DNA of 64,000 nucleotides from Octopus sinensis (Eukaryota). Under the pieces are notes generated by a model. That model saw only the letters and a program-made list of their open reading frames with translations, made no database searches and had not been told where the DNA came from. The position numbers and the translations under genes were made by a program. Location: the NCBI RefSeq assembly GCF_006345805.1, contig NC_042999.1, forward strand, positions 15,934,001 through 15,998,000, in the 5' to 3' direction. How positions within the stretch are numbered: position 1 is the stretch's first letter; every line of letters begins with the position of its first letter. This document shows positions 1-13,863 of this stretch, one piece after another.

Positions 1-349
1 CAATTATCAACTGGTGAAACCAATGAACTGCAATGACAAATGAAATGAAGTGAAAATAGTTAAATTGCAAATATTAAACTAAATCACCAACACCAATATC
101 TTATTTCCATACAATATAGATATTGCAAATTTCTGAATGATATGCACATAATATATTTCTCCAAATACCTAGCTAATTGGCATTTTGCTATCTTTCCCAA
201 AATAGACTCTTTAATTATTTAGTATATATATATTGTACTACAGCAGTGGCTTTTATTTCTCATTTGCTGTTGATAATGAGAACACCAAGTTCTGAATTGA
301 AAATCTTGAGATCATGAAATCCCAGGTCAGATTTAGTAACAGAGTAATA

Positions 350-748
350 TCTTTATATATAAAAGTGAAGTTGTGTGTCTGTCTCCTACGATTTAGATTC
401 TTAACTACTCCCACATTTTGTGGTGCAGTTTAACCAAAACCGGGTATCTTATAGTCGTGATTCATATCGAGCCCTTCTGGGTATTAGCACACGTCAACGA
501 TGAGTCTACGATTTTAAAAATAATTTACCATCATTTTTTCCATTTTAATGCATTTTTTTCGCTATTATATAAGGGAAGTAACTCTCTAAACATGTCTTCG
601 ATGAGTCAACGATTTAAAAAAAAATTTACCATAATTTTTTTTCCATTTTTAATGCATTTTTTTGCTATTTTTTTGGCTATAACTTTCTAAAAATGCTTAT
701 ATAGTTATTTCCCTTACAAACCCGAGCAACGCCGGGCGATACTGCTTG
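350..748 (+). mobile_element. Non-autonomous Helitron
   Basis: Starts A|TC (TCTTTATATATAAAAGTG). Ends with a GC-rich hairpin CCCGAGCAACGCCGGG (721-736), then CTTG|T (a mutated CTRR) 12 nt later. Inserted between A349 and T749 with no TSD. Contains an internal ~90-bp duplication. Confidence 0.75.
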
Positions 749-1595
749 TATAAAATATAAAGAAAATTTAAATACATATATTTTATTATTGTCAGAGCAA
801 TCTTTACAAACTTGGTATCAGCTAGAATATTTGAGGGCATATCTGAGGGAATATAAATGAAATTAGTTAAAATTTACAAAGAAAATGAGTAATGAACATA
901 ATCCAAACTAACAGAATTTCTCTTTTTTTTCTTTTTTACAAGGAGAGTAGTAAATCTATAAAGTAAATCAAATATTGATGTAACCGAACAACACATCAAC
1001 AGTCACTATGATATTGGTAATAAAGTATCTAATGAACTAAGTCTGTGACCCAAATTCAATCTCAAGCCATAAGCATTTCCCTATTTTCTGTCTTTACTAA
1101 CACACTTAAGACATGCCTGAATACAACAGCATTAATTCCCCAACTCCTCAAAGCAATAAAGTTGATCTACTGATATTTAAAACTAATTAACAGATGTCAC
1201 TTATTGAAAAATTATATAAGGGAAATAAATATTTATCTCTATCAGTAAAATAACTGCGACTTGTATTACAACACATTTTAATATAAGCTCAATATTTGCA
1301 ATTATTGAATATATTTTCTAAAATTATTCAAATTCATGTAAAAATCCTGACAAAAGCTAGCCACTCAATATTTTGCTTGCCTAAAGGGAAAAGTGAAACT
1401 AAAAGTAACATTCTTATATCTAGTTGTTTAATAATTTAGTCTCTAAGAAATGTATTAAGAAATGAACAATACAATAATTGAGAAAATAAATTATGATATA
1501 TAGATCATTTTTAAGATATAATGAGCAAATAACCCCATGAACTAAAAATATATTCCTGAGTATAATTTTAGTTTTTAAATAATCCTTCTTGTAAT

Positions 1596-1790
1596 AGGCA
1601 CAAGGCCTGGAATTTTGGGGCAATGGGATAATGAATTACATGAATCCCAGTGCTCAACTGGTGTCTATTTTATTGACCTCAAAAGGATGAAAGCAAAGTG
1701 AACATCAGCAGTATTTGAATTCAGAGCATAAAGACAGATGAAATGCCACCAAGTATTTTGCTGACATGTTAATTCTGTCACTTCACCACC
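1596..1790 (-). mobile_element. Old tRNA-derived SINE (family C)
   Basis: Decayed match to the younger copy at 43965-44195 (AAGGATGAAAGCAAAGTGAAC...ATTTGAATTCAG). Confidence 0.65.
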
Positions 1791-2889
1791 TTATTTTAGT
1801 ATATATGCAATAATAGCAAGAATGAAATGAGAAAAAAAAGAATTCAAAAACAGATAATTTATTGACATTTGAAATTAATTATTCAGCAAAATTCATTTGT
1901 AAAAGATAGAAAAATAAATTGTTTAGCAAAATCACTTCTTTTTTTTAAAGTGTGGGGTGTCATATGAAGATTAGAAAGTATCAATATTTTATGTAATTGT
2001 AAATAACATTAAATTATAAAAGTTAATAAAAATGTAAACTGTGGTAAGTAAATGTTATAAGCTAAATAGAATTACATGTGTAGGAATAAAATAGTATATT
2101 TCAAAGAGAATATAAAGTGGTTTTCATTCTAATTAACTTCATTAATATTTTAGTAACAGCTCTTATAATTTATACATCAGTTTTATTGAACTTTGGTCAA
2201 ATTTCTAGTCAGAGTCACATGGTAATAGCATTCATAACTTTGCTTCAAGTTTTCTCCAGTTCCCAATCAATAACTAAATATGCTTGATTTTAAGTGAAAG
2301 GTGAAATATCTCTAAAATAATCTGTGTTAAGCTATCAACAATATTTAAGTAGCTATTTATAGTGAAATCTGGTAAAAATTTTATGAGCTGAAAATAAGGG
2401 TTTTTGAATAAAGTTGCACCTTTTAACCCTTTAATTATCTGTCAATTGACAGATATCTGAGTCAACACTTATTTCTAGTTTTTAGCCAACAATTAGACCT
2501 TGGCTACCTAAGCAAAAGAACCAGATGCAATGTCAACTTGCATCATACTCTTCGCTTACAACATTTTAACATATATTTTGAAATATAAACAATATTTACA
2601 AATTCATTAGTTGAAATATGAGTAATTGTCTACGGATATACAAGTGTAACGGGAATTAGTTGCTTCTTGCACTTTTGGGGTGCAACTCGGGTGCATTCAC
2701 AATTTCCGTTCCTTTAAATTTCCAGATTCTACCAGTCAAAGAACACAAACGCAACAGTAAAAATATATACTCTTTATTTTTCTTATAACAGTAAGAAATA
2801 AGGTGGTATATTTGGTTCCACTTGGTATGGATGTGGCAAAGCTGAAACTTTAACGCTTGTAAGAATCGTACAAGTTCAGCAGCAACAGA

Positions 2890-3160
2890 GCTGGTCAATA
2901 TGGCGTCCTTAGAGAGCGGAGAAAATACACGTCTGCTACAATTTGGTGTGGGCAGCCTTCTGCTTACTACTGTCCGTGTCTCCGGTATCCTTTGGTTAAG
3001 GTTTTACCTTCCCACGCCTCCTGTCAGCTAAATGCCACGTCATCATTCCCTTCTTCCGGTCTTCGCGCATGCGCGAGAGGGCACATCCCTCTGCCTTTCC
3101 AGAAGGCTCCAACCCCGCACACACGAACTGAAGATGACGTTGCGCGCGCACGCACTGTTG
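2890..3160. promoter_or_regulatory. CpG-rich housekeeping-type promoter, probably bidirectional
   Basis: Isolated CpG-rich island in CpG-poor DNA. YY1-like CAATATGGCGTC at 2896-2907, CRE/ATF-like CCACGTCA at 3035-3042 and TGACGT at 3135-3140, ETS CTTCCGGT at 3053-3060, perfect NRF1 palindrome TCGCGCATGCGCGA at 3063-3076. Minus donor GTA|GTAAGC at 2967. Plus donor AAG|GTATGT at 3200. Confidence 0.7.
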
Positions 3161-3199
3161 GATAGCGTCACTACACAAGTTACAACATTATGTGTCAAG
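3134..3199 (+). CDS. Candidate first exon ORF MTLRAHALLDSVTTQVTTLCVK (may be a non-coding divergent transcript)
   Basis: ATG at 3134 is open for 22 codons up to a strong donor AAG|GTATGT, beside the promoter. No recognisable homology. Confidence 0.2.
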
Positions 3200-3279
3200 G
3201 TATGTTAGCAGCATTTGACAAATCAATGATGCAAAAAAAATGAGACAAACACTACACATGAACCTCATCCTTCTCTAGT

Positions 3280-4430
3280 TCCTTTCCAAATAACTGTGTC
3301 TTGACCACAGACATAGTTCTGTGCTGGTAAAAGCATAAAAGCTACCAACCTTTTTAACTGGTTGTCTGCTAAACAACCAACTCATTCATACTCTATTACA
3401 TGAATGTAATATTTTTCAATTTTGACTTCAAATAATGAAACTGACTCCATTAATTTGTTCCAGAGACCATTAACATGATATTGCTAGATTAATTCTTTAG
3501 ATTGCTGGCTTCAATTCCTCTAGCATCTGCAGCAACCTAAGAGATTACAAATTGATAAGAATTTTACAAGGTAGTGGTGTATCTTCGCTTAAGAACATAT
3601 GCAACAAGCGTCTAACTAATGACTTATTTACGCATATCATGTCTAGAATTAAGAAACCAGACTTCCTTAAATATTATTCACACAACGGTATAAAGTTTAT
3701 TGACTTTTGTTCACAAAGAAATGGTTTTAATGCTCTATGTTTTTGGCAAGAGATTTTATATGAAATCATGTGTCAAACAGATACTGTTTCTTTTTACTTT
3801 GTTTGTTTGCCAGGTTATCCATTATTAAACACACGGTCAATTAATAAATTATTCACTTCTTTATTATTTATATACAGCTATTCATGAGTATCAGAGACTT
3901 ATCAAACCACTGTGACCTGTTTCATGACCTGAACTGCATCTACTTGAGTTGTCTAAAGTAGTTGCTTATACACCATTATGTATTCATCTTTAACTGGCCA
4001 TTATCTTTGCATTTTCATTTACTTGTTCTTAATGCATTCTGAATAGTTGTCCAAAGAGATAATCTACTGATGGTATTTTCTCTTTTATCACAGTATGAAA
4101 GTAGGATTTCATAGGTCAATAACACAGGACCCTTGAGCTATTAGTAAACTAATACCTGCTAATATAATCAGTAAACTAATACCTGCAAGCATAAAACCTT
4201 CATAGGGTTATTTGACCTGCAAGAAATAATAATAGAATTCCTGCAAATCAATTCCTTTTGTCTGAGAATGTAGTTGTAAATATGTTAAAAGTTGGAATGG
4301 TCATTACTGGAATGCCTTTCACCACAGCCGTGTTCAATCCAGAGACATAAGGCCAAACAACAACAACAAAAATCACACAAAAACCAACTATCCCACCACT
4401 CCTTTCCAAATTAGTTGTGATATCAGCAAT
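3280..4430 (-). mobile_element. Very degraded non-LTR retrotransposon RT-region remnant
   Basis: Broken minus-strand frames give RT-like fragments (LVAF...WKELEK, EQLYINNKEVN-like) with many stops. Confidence 0.3.
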
Positions 4431-6164
4431 TACCTATATGATTGTATGTTCGTATTTAAATAGACATAGGACAATCACATTCCAATGATTGATTCATAAT
4501 TTTGATATTATTTCTGTACAACTTTCCTACTGTTGTCATCATTATAATTTTATAAAGTGACATTGTAATGCATAGTATATGGTATGTTGTTGTCACTTCA
4601 CTACTTTTCTGTTAAAAACTAGCCCTTACCTCACTGTATGAAGATGAACTCTACAGCTACAAATAACATTGTCTTTTAGGATTTCAGATATCATTTCAAT
4701 ACGAAAATTGCACTGAGGAATTTCCAGACCAAGCTGATACTATACAGATGGGAAATCTTGAAAGTAGTTGAAGGTCATTTTCTTTTCAGGTCATTTTCTT
4801 TTCAACATAATGTTTATATTGCCCATCTAGACACCTTATAATATTATTGCTAAAGTTGCACTTTAACTGTTTGACTCATGAACTTTCACAGCTGCAATCT
4901 GATAACTACACTACCATCATGTCATTAGCACATTTCCAGACAAAACAAGCTAGATAAGAATATAATAATAAAAAAATAGCGTAAGAATTCATCTTTTAAG
5001 AAACAGACTACAGAGGTATTATGAAATACATTGAAACAAGCCCTTGGAAAAATTGTCTATCTAAATAATACTTAGGTTTAATAGCTGCAAAATCATCAGA
5101 CACTACCAAACCACAAGAGGACTAGTTTTTGATATAAAAAAAAATAATAAGGATGGAAGTTATTTTGGGAGCAATTGGCAAATCAGAGAATTTTGCATGT
5201 TACAAAACAACTGAAAATCTAAATTTATTTTTAAATACTGTTTATAAAATAAAGACTGAAAACAAATATATATATATTTTAAAACTAAATTATTGATAAC
5301 ATTATATGATGAAATGTAAGAAGACATATAAAAAGACTGCATTATTAAATTATTTTATCACATAAAATACACATCATTTTACATTTAACATGTTTGGCAT
5401 AATATTGCATTACACTTCTTATAACTAAAATGGGAACTAGCAACTATGAAGAAGAGAAAAAGAGATCAAAGTAAATTGAGAAGAAAGAACCAATGGAGCA
5501 GAAAGGAAAATAAAGAAAAGAGAGAAGAGAATATGTAAATTTGAAGCTGCTTATGAGGCAAAGAAAAATTCTATAAATAGTTATATGATTCAAAATATAA
5601 TGGAATAGAAAAGGTTAAAAGAAATTCAAGATATAGGATCAAAAAATTATTTACAGAGTTTTCAAGCACGTTTTTCTATAGAACTACTCAAATACTCTTG
5701 TAGTGTTATTGATTGTAAAGTGATACTTGAAGAAGAAAAAAAATTAAATCTATATAAATAAAATATACCACTTTTTAAAATTTTAGGTATACACATTTCA
5801 GTATTCTAAATAAAAAAAGAAAAAGAATTAAAAAAAAGTTTTACATATCCATAATAAAAATAAGAATTGATTTCGTTCACTCTATCTTCCTTACTTTAAA
5901 TATCTTGGTAGTAAGGGTACGTTAAAGTGAAAATGTTATTTAAGATATTTTCCAATTAATGTTAAGAAATAAATAAACAGTAAAATTGATATTACTTCTA
6001 ATTAGAACATGAATACTAAATAAACTAAACTATAATGAAAAATAAAAAAAAATATTGTCTGATAATAATTAATGTTAGATTTCTCTTTTCTTTTGACTTT
6101 GTTACATTCCTTGGTTAGATTCTTTTCCTTTTTAGCTTTGGTTAGACAGAGTGAAACAAGATTT

Positions 6165-6335
6165 TGTTGCTGTTTAGCCCCAGGATAATTCTAATCAGAC
6201 ATTCCAGCTGTGACCATCCAATTTGAAAAGGGTGTCTAGGACTATATTAGCTAATGTGTCCTCTCTTTTTAAATCATGGGGATGAGATCTGAGGGTTATT
6301 TGGCTGTTATTTTAAATGAGCAGATTAAGCAAAGA
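6165..6335 (+). mobile_element. Interspersed repeat family D (TTGTTTAGCCCCAGG...TTTGGCTGCTATTTCTAGCAGG type)
   Basis: Related copies at ~32200-32410, ~60720-60955 and ~62630-62760. Confidence 0.5.
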
Positions 6336-6444
6336 CATAGGGGTTTCTTCATTGGCTTAATTGAAACAAGTATAAATTAGTGCTTGGCAAAATACAGTGT
6401 AACACAATGTCTACATTTATTTACCAGTGTCACACTACTGGCAC

Positions 6445-6836
6445 TCGAGCCCCGTGCTAGTAAGGTATTAAGGGCACCATGTGAGCATAATCGTTGCCAG
6501 AGCAGCTATCTGGACTCTGTGCCGGTGGCACGTAAAAGACATCATTCAAGCGTAATCGTTACCAGCATCGCCTTACTGGCACCTGCGCTGGTGGCATGTG
6601 TAAAACATTCGAGCGAGGTCGTGGCCAGTGCCACCTGACTGGCCCCGTGCCAATGGCATATAAAAGCATTCACTACACTCTCGGAGTGGTTGGTGTTAGG
6701 AAGGGCATCCAGCTGTAGAAACACTGCCAAATCAAGTTTGAAGCCTGGTGCAGCCATCTGGTTTGCCAGCCCTCAGTCATACGTCCAACCCATGCTAGCA
6801 TGGAAAGCGGACGTTAAATGATGATGATGAAGATGA
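6445..6836 (+). mobile_element. SINE-like element family A with (GAT)n tail (RTE-type 3' end)
   Basis: GTTAGGAAGGGCATCCAGCTGTAGAAAC core and CATGCTAGCATGGAAAGCGGACGTTAAATGATGATGATG end. Many copies in the window. Confidence 0.8.
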
Positions 6837-8827
6837 TTTAGTTAGTTTTTGCTAACATAACTGCCTGGTTGTTAAACTTGCTAAAGAGCAAATTACTGGA
6901 AGTCTCACAGAATTTGTAAGTATGGAACTACAAATAATATGGCTTGGAATTCAAATCTAAGGGCGATTATTGTGCATATTACGATTCTTGTCTTAATATA
7001 TCTATTTAAAAAGCAGGTCTAACTATTGTTTCACAGTTAGGTGGTTATGGATAAGAAGGGTATTTAGGTGAGAGACAACAGAGTAAACCCAAATTGCAAA
7101 ATATGCACAATAACGACATTTGCAAAAATAGCACCTTATGTTATGCTAATATATTTTGAAACTGAAATATGACAAATTAATTATTCTTCACTGTTTTTGA
7201 AAATATAAATTAAAATGAGTGCCTTTTCAATTTAATTAAAAAGAGATAAATAAACGAAGTATCATTAATTCCAATGTAATTAACATTACTATGTATAATT
7301 ATTACAAATAAGTTTGGAAAATTAACTGAAAGTTGATGAGGGAAAAATAATAAATTGCTGTATTAGTGCTCTAAGTAAAAATGTAAACCAGAATTATTTT
7401 CATTAAAGAAGTCTGACTGCACAGAACTATAAAAATTACAAATAAACAAAGAAACAAATCTTACGCAGTAGAGAAAGGTAATCTTTGATTATGATGTAGT
7501 CATGTTAAATGAAAACTTAAATTCTTTAAAGTAGTAAATTACAAGGTTGTAGAGTAAAAAAGATATCAACAGGAATTAATATTGCATAAATACTTTTAAA
7601 TTAAAATAACAGCAGTGGTGAGGTGTAAATTATTAATAAACACAATTTTCCTGATTATACAGATTATATCTCACTATTTCATGGTAGAGTAGAGAAAGGA
7701 ATGCCTCATTTGAAAGATTTTAATTTAATTTTAGCACGGAACATCATAAATAACACAGCCTTGTATCTTATTCAATATAAAACGAGGAAAACAAAAACAA
7801 TTTATACATTAAATACTACTGACATAATCATTCACTGAAATCAAGTGATGGCACTTTGAATCAACAAATTTCTATAAATTTTCCCAACCTAAATATTTCT
7901 ACTATTTCAAACATTAGGACAGTAGATAGAAACCTGACTAAATGACAAAACTGATATCAGTTTATTTATAAAAGCCTGTATTAACTAAATTTCTCTATAG
8001 TATTCAGTTATTTTTTCATTCACTTTCAAGTCTGTATGATGATCAGAAGCTATTTCCAAAAATATTTATCTCAGGCAACATTCCACAATCGACCATACAT
8101 ACTTTCGCATAAAATTACAAACAAAAATGGTTTCTTTTTATGTTATGATTGATAACATCTCTTCAGTAGATTTCCATTTATCAAAATAAAGCTATAAATC
8201 ATAGAACATATATATACAGATGCAATATTGTGGCTGTCCTGTGTCAGAAACAATTTTGTTTAAGTAGAAAATATTGTATGTTAAATTTCTAACAAATATC
8301 CAGTTCTGAATATAAAAACATATTTTTATAACATCTGAATAAGAGAATATTTTCCAACATGATAAAACATTCATTTTTTTTTTTTTTTCAAGAATATTAA
8401 TGCAGTTCTTAAGCATATCTTTACTTATATTTCATAAAATTCAACATCTATTTTTCTTTCTTTAAACACACTAAATTATGAGCCTTTTGGCATTGTGCTA
8501 GCTAAAATACTTTCTTAACAATGTTGAAATTATTATCATATTCTCTATTCATGCTTTGTAACTCTCTGGTGAGCAACAAAGTAATAAATTTTAACAAATA
8601 CCTAGTTTTGAACTAAAAAAAAAAAAAAATTGGAACTCTAGAATCCAGGATAATATGCTAAAGATGTTTAAGTATCTGCCAGCAACTGTATACAATGCAT
8701 ACATGAATATAAATCTAATTTCAAGGTTTATTTTTACATATTATCATCATGATTTTATGTCCACATTTTACACTTGCACAGGCTAAGTGAGTTGTTACAG
8801 TCTGAATCAATTCTTATCTTGACTTAT

Positions 8828-8988
8828 CTTAGAAACTTTGCTAAAATTGGAGCATAAGAACAAGATGTGGTTCTCCAGTCTGTCTAGAAGAGCAGTAAGT
8901 CAATTTTTATCTTGACTTACTGCTCTTCTAGAAAGACTGGAAGACAAAATCTTGCTCATATGTTCCAGTTTTAACATTGTTTCTTCAG
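8828..8988. repeat. Imperfect inverted repeat (~76-bp arms, 8-nt loop)
   Basis: 8828-8903 pairs with 8912-8988. The inner TCTAGAAGAGCAGTAAGTCAA/TTGACTTACTGCTCTTCTAGA is perfect. Confidence 0.85.
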
Positions 8989-9844
8989 TGAAACACCCAT
9001 CCTGATAACAACCCCTTTAGAAGTATACTGATTCCATTCTATCAAGGCAGCAGTACAATAAAAGCTACATCTTCAGAAAGACTAAAGAGTATTCTCTACT
9101 CTATATTGTATTTGTCCATTCACCAACTATTTTAGTGCACTGGATGCAATTTATCACAGTATTAGCACCAGAGAGGTTGCCTTTTATGTGGTTCTCCATC
9201 ATTCAAGGTAAATGTGGCTGGGAAGGCAAACAGAAATGTCATTCAAAGAGACAGACTAACAGACACACAGGCAGGCAGGCAGATGTACAGAAAGACAGAC
9301 AGGGCAAAAAAGTTGAGCATGATAGGAGAAATAGTGAAATGGGAGTGAGAAAAGGAAAGGGAAGTGATGCTGGAAGTAGAAGTGATGGGGCAAACAGGGT
9401 TGTGGGGCAGGGAGTCATGAAATTTAGGAAGAGTGATACATGCCAACAAAAAAGTTATAGAAGGGAGAGTGAATGGTGACTAGTAATAGAGTTGAGCAAT
9501 GAGTAAGAGTGGTTGATGTCAACAGAGTGACAACATGACAATAGTAAAGTGGGATGGAGGTAGCAGCTACTGAATATAGACAGGTCTGATGTCAACTCTT
9601 CTTACATAAGCATTAAGATTGGAGAGAGGCAGAGTGATAAAGATGGGAGACAGAAACAGAGATTAAATTTGTTCAGACCCAATGTTATTTCTTGTTATAC
9701 ATTATAGTATAAAACTGGATGAGTATCAGATGTGATGGTAAGGAAGAAGTAGATGATAGATGGTAACTTAATAGGAGCATATTGAGAAAGTATACAGATA
9801 TATTATACATCTCACCACTATACTTTTAACATCAATTTTGCCAT

Positions 9845-10430
9845 GGTTACACAGACGAGCAAGCCTTCTCCTTTACAAAGCATTGCCACTAGTTGCAGTT
9901 CTTTGCCATCTTCATGAGGTTCAGCTTTTAGAGATCAGTTTTCATTTCTTCATCCCAGTCTTCCTAAGTCTCCTCCTTCCATAAATTTCATCTATGTTGA
10001 GCCCATTGAACTTCATTATACAACTAGTAACATCCATATTCACCACATGCCTATACCAGTGCCATCTACTTTCTTGCACACTACATCAGATTTCACAAAT
10101 TACTAACTCTCTCATCTTCTTTGTGTTTCTATCATTCATGCACACTAACATTACACATCAGCAGAGCGTGTTCACTCCATTCTTTGCAAGCTCCCATTTA
10201 TCTTCCACATTCAAGGTGTACGTCTACCTATCATGCAACATTGTACTTTACTTGTGTACAAAGTATGACACATCATATAATTAGTCCTTTAGTCTGAGAG
10301 AGAAGAGAGAATAGTTTTGTTGCTAGCAGAGGTAATAGCTAACTAAATTATTTCAACCTTGTTACTCTTGGTAATATGCTTTTGGAATATCCACTCCCAT
10401 TGCTAATTAGGTCACCTAGGTATTACATCC
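9845..10430 (-). mobile_element. RTE-clade LINE 3' ORF remnant
   Basis: Minus frames give LGDLISNGSG.. and WYRHVVNMDVTSC..YGRRRLRKT, matching the RTE C-terminal motifs LGD.IS.GGG and LRWYGHV...GRGRPRKTW. Confidence 0.6.
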
Positions 10431-10519
10431 TTATTTTCATATCAAATATCACTTCATATCACTATATTGAACTTCTAGTCCCAGCATATGAAGTATAGTA
10501 ACCCATGTTCTGATGTAAG

Positions 10520-10553
<34 letters not shown>

Positions 10554-11238
10554 TGTGTGTGTGTGAGTGTGTTTACAATTATGCCATTTAAAACTGGTGA
10601 TTTTATATAATGTAACATGATTTCACAAATACACATTAATAAAATACCAAAGTTAAAAAATAAGTACTGGGTTACATGTGTTTGACTAATCCCTTGAAAG
10701 TAGTGCCCCAGCATGGTCACAATCCAATACCCAGTAAAAGATTAAATGAAAAACACAATATAAATATACCATACTTAATTTAAAATATTCATCCATTAGT
10801 CAGTTGTCATATGAATAACATAAATAATATGAATGTACTTTTAATAGATTATGTCTTTAATTTCCTTCCATAGTTTATTAGTCATTGTCTTACAAATAAT
10901 GTAAATTTAAATGCCTTCCATCTCATTTCATGGTTAAAGCATTGCATACACGACAGAAGTAGAATAATATTACAGACAAGCAAATATGAAAACTTCACTT
11001 TAACGGACAACAATTAATTGCACTAAAATGCATGCATTAAATGTTTGACATTTTTTTAAAAAATGGTTCAGTAAAAGAACTACTTTCATTGCTGTCCCTA
11101 TATCCATTAACCAATATTTCTACCACTTTATCAGCAACAACAATTTCTTGTAATAGCATAATTTCTTTTGTAAATAATACAAATGTTAATGCTTTGAAAT
11201 TAAAAACATATTTTCTCTAAAACAGGAGTGGAGATTAT

Positions 11239-11434
11239 GTGTGTGTGTGTGTGTGTGTGTGTGCGTGCGTGTGTATTTATAAATATATATATATATATAT
11301 ATACATAAAAAATATATATATATAAATACATATGTATGTGTGTGTGGGTATATATATGTATGTATGCATGTAAAAAAAAATATATATATATAAATATGTA
11401 TATGTGTGTATATATATATATACATATGCATATA

Positions 11435-11486
<52 letters not shown>

Positions 11487-11537
11487 TGTTTACATGTAAA
11501 AAAATATATCTATATAAATATATATGTGTATGTGTGT
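11239..11537. repeat. Compound (GT)n/(AT)n microsatellite
   Basis: Direct reading. Confidence 0.95.
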
Positions 11538-11830
11538 ATCCGACTCGTGGCCGATGCCAGCGCCGCCTCGTCTGGCTTCCGTGCCGGTGGCACGTAAAAT
11601 ACACCAATCCGACCATGGCTGTTGCCAGCCTCGCCTGGCACCTGTGCAGGTGGTACGTAAAAAGCACCCACTACACTCACGGAGTGGTTGGCGTTAGGAA
11701 GGGCATCCAGCTGTAGAAACATTGCCAGATAAGACTGGAGCCTGGTGCAGCCTTCTGGCTTCCCAGATCCCCGGTCGAACCGTCCAACCCATGCTAGCAT
11801 GGAGAACGGACGTTAAACGATGATGATGAT
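11538..11830 (+). mobile_element. Young family A SINE-like copy
   Basis: CpGs retained. Ends GGAGAACGGACGTTAAACGATGATGATGAT. Confidence 0.85.
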
Positions 11831-13443
11831 ATATATATACATATATGTGTGTGTGTATATATATATATATATACAATGAATAACAGTGGGTATATTTCTA
11901 TTTCTAAAGAACTGAAATTTTACTTAATGGAATATATAATAATGTTCAAACAATCCTAACGCAGATGAAAATGTTGAAATGTTGTGGATTAAATTATTTT
12001 AATTGTTTACTCATGAAAGAATAAATATAAGTTTGCAGGTCAGAATTCAATTCTTTATTTTTAAATTCTTAATTGCTTTCTATTGATAGATCTCAAATGT
12101 CTGAGAACAATTTTAAATTGCATGAAGTTCTGTTGGCTATGAGAAGTATTAAAATTATTATATTTCAGCTGTTAGTGGGTAATACAGAAAGTAAATTTGT
12201 TTCTAATACATCTTAAAATATCGCAATTAAGTTGTATTGTTAGTCATGTATTTTAAAGATTCCCCATGAACTTGCAAACTTTCAAATATTATTTCGGCAC
12301 TACTTAAGCCATTTCCCCTCTTCTTTGATTCTCACTACTAACTAATAATTTCCAATTATTATAAAATGATATTAAAATTATGCATAAGAGTTTTTCCTAA
12401 CCCTATTTCAAAACCAACAGATGATTTTGCATTAAAAAATTCATTATAAAATCTAAAACCATAAATTCCAATACCTCCAATAACAAGTAGTTAACATTAT
12501 GTGCAGAGGTTTGTTACAAATTAGATCTATTAAATCTTGTAGCAAAAAATATTTAACAATTCATATAAGAAATAAAGAAATTCTTTAAATTGTCTTTATG
12601 ATACTACATATACTATAAGTCAAGAGTTTTCAGTAGATTATAAAATTACTTTTGCAAGAATTGTGTAAATACATTAATAATACATTAAACAGTAATAAAT
12701 AAGAACAAATTGTAACTAATGTAAATGTTTAAAGAAAATTATCTTCACATAAAGAAATTTCCTTCTTGACAAAACTACTGCTTAAATAACTGTTTAAAAC
12801 ATTCGTACTGTTACAGAATTGTATTCAACTTTTCTGAAAAGATATCAGGATAAAATGTCCATCTTTTTCTACATGAATTTTATTTATTTATTAATTTTTT
12901 TTATTTATTTATTATTTTTTTTTATTATTATTATTTTTTTTTTTTTTGTAGTTTGTTAGATTTTAGTTCTTTACTTTCTATGTTATTTTCTTTAACTTTT
13001 TATATTATAAATTTCCGTGCATCAAGCTTTTGCAATCAGTCAGTGATTCTTGTTACAGATTTTGTCGCATATTTTAAAAATTTAATGTTATAATTTCATA
13101 CTTCATACAGCAATTAAAAATGTTTTGTATTAAAATACTAAAATCTTACCCATTCAAAATGAAATTATGTTGGCTTTGTAGGTATGTATGTGCATATTAT
13201 GTGAGTTGGTGGGTGTTGGAGGTTGTTATTACTACTACAGCTAATAAAAGAAAACCTAGATCACACACAATATGAACAATAATCATAACAATATAAACCA
13301 CTTAATAACTAGAAATTTATTGACATGATGTAGTGTAAAATTTACAAATAATAAAAGAACTTAAAGTAGTAAATATGTAATAAATTTCACAATATTTTAT
13401 AAATTTCCACATTAGGATTTTATTTTCTTTCTAATTGCCTATA

Positions 13444-13479
<36 letters not shown>

Positions 13480-13863
13480 CATACATATGTACACAAACAC
13501 ATGTACATACACACGTAGAATATTTGTCACTCAGTTTTAATTTTTTCATAAAACATTTTACAGTACTCTTAAAATAGCAAAATATCTATTTTTTTCAGCT
13601 TAAATAAATAATAATTCAAATTTAACACTAGTGCACTCTACATCGACTAATTAACATAGTATTATTTTCTTCATACAAGATATATCTGATAAAATTTCTT
13701 TCCGGTAGAGTAAACTGTTGAAGTTCTCCAATGTTTTATCCAGGGAATCACAAGATAGTGTGTTAATACAATGCAGAATGGCATCCAGAAATGAGTGCAC
13801 AATGTTGTATTTGCACGTTCTCAGTATCAATAAAACATTAACATTATAAGATTATACTCCTTT

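Noticed and set aside
418-690. 90-aa ORF
   Set aside because: Lies wholly inside the non-autonomous Helitron and has no Rep/helicase motifs.
13650-13810. Open minus frame TCKYNIVHSFLDAILHCINTLSCDSLDKTLENFNSLLYRKEILSDISCMKKIILC* as a terminal exon
   Set aside because: The only acceptor is a poor GAG and no homology was recognised, so it cannot be distinguished from chance.
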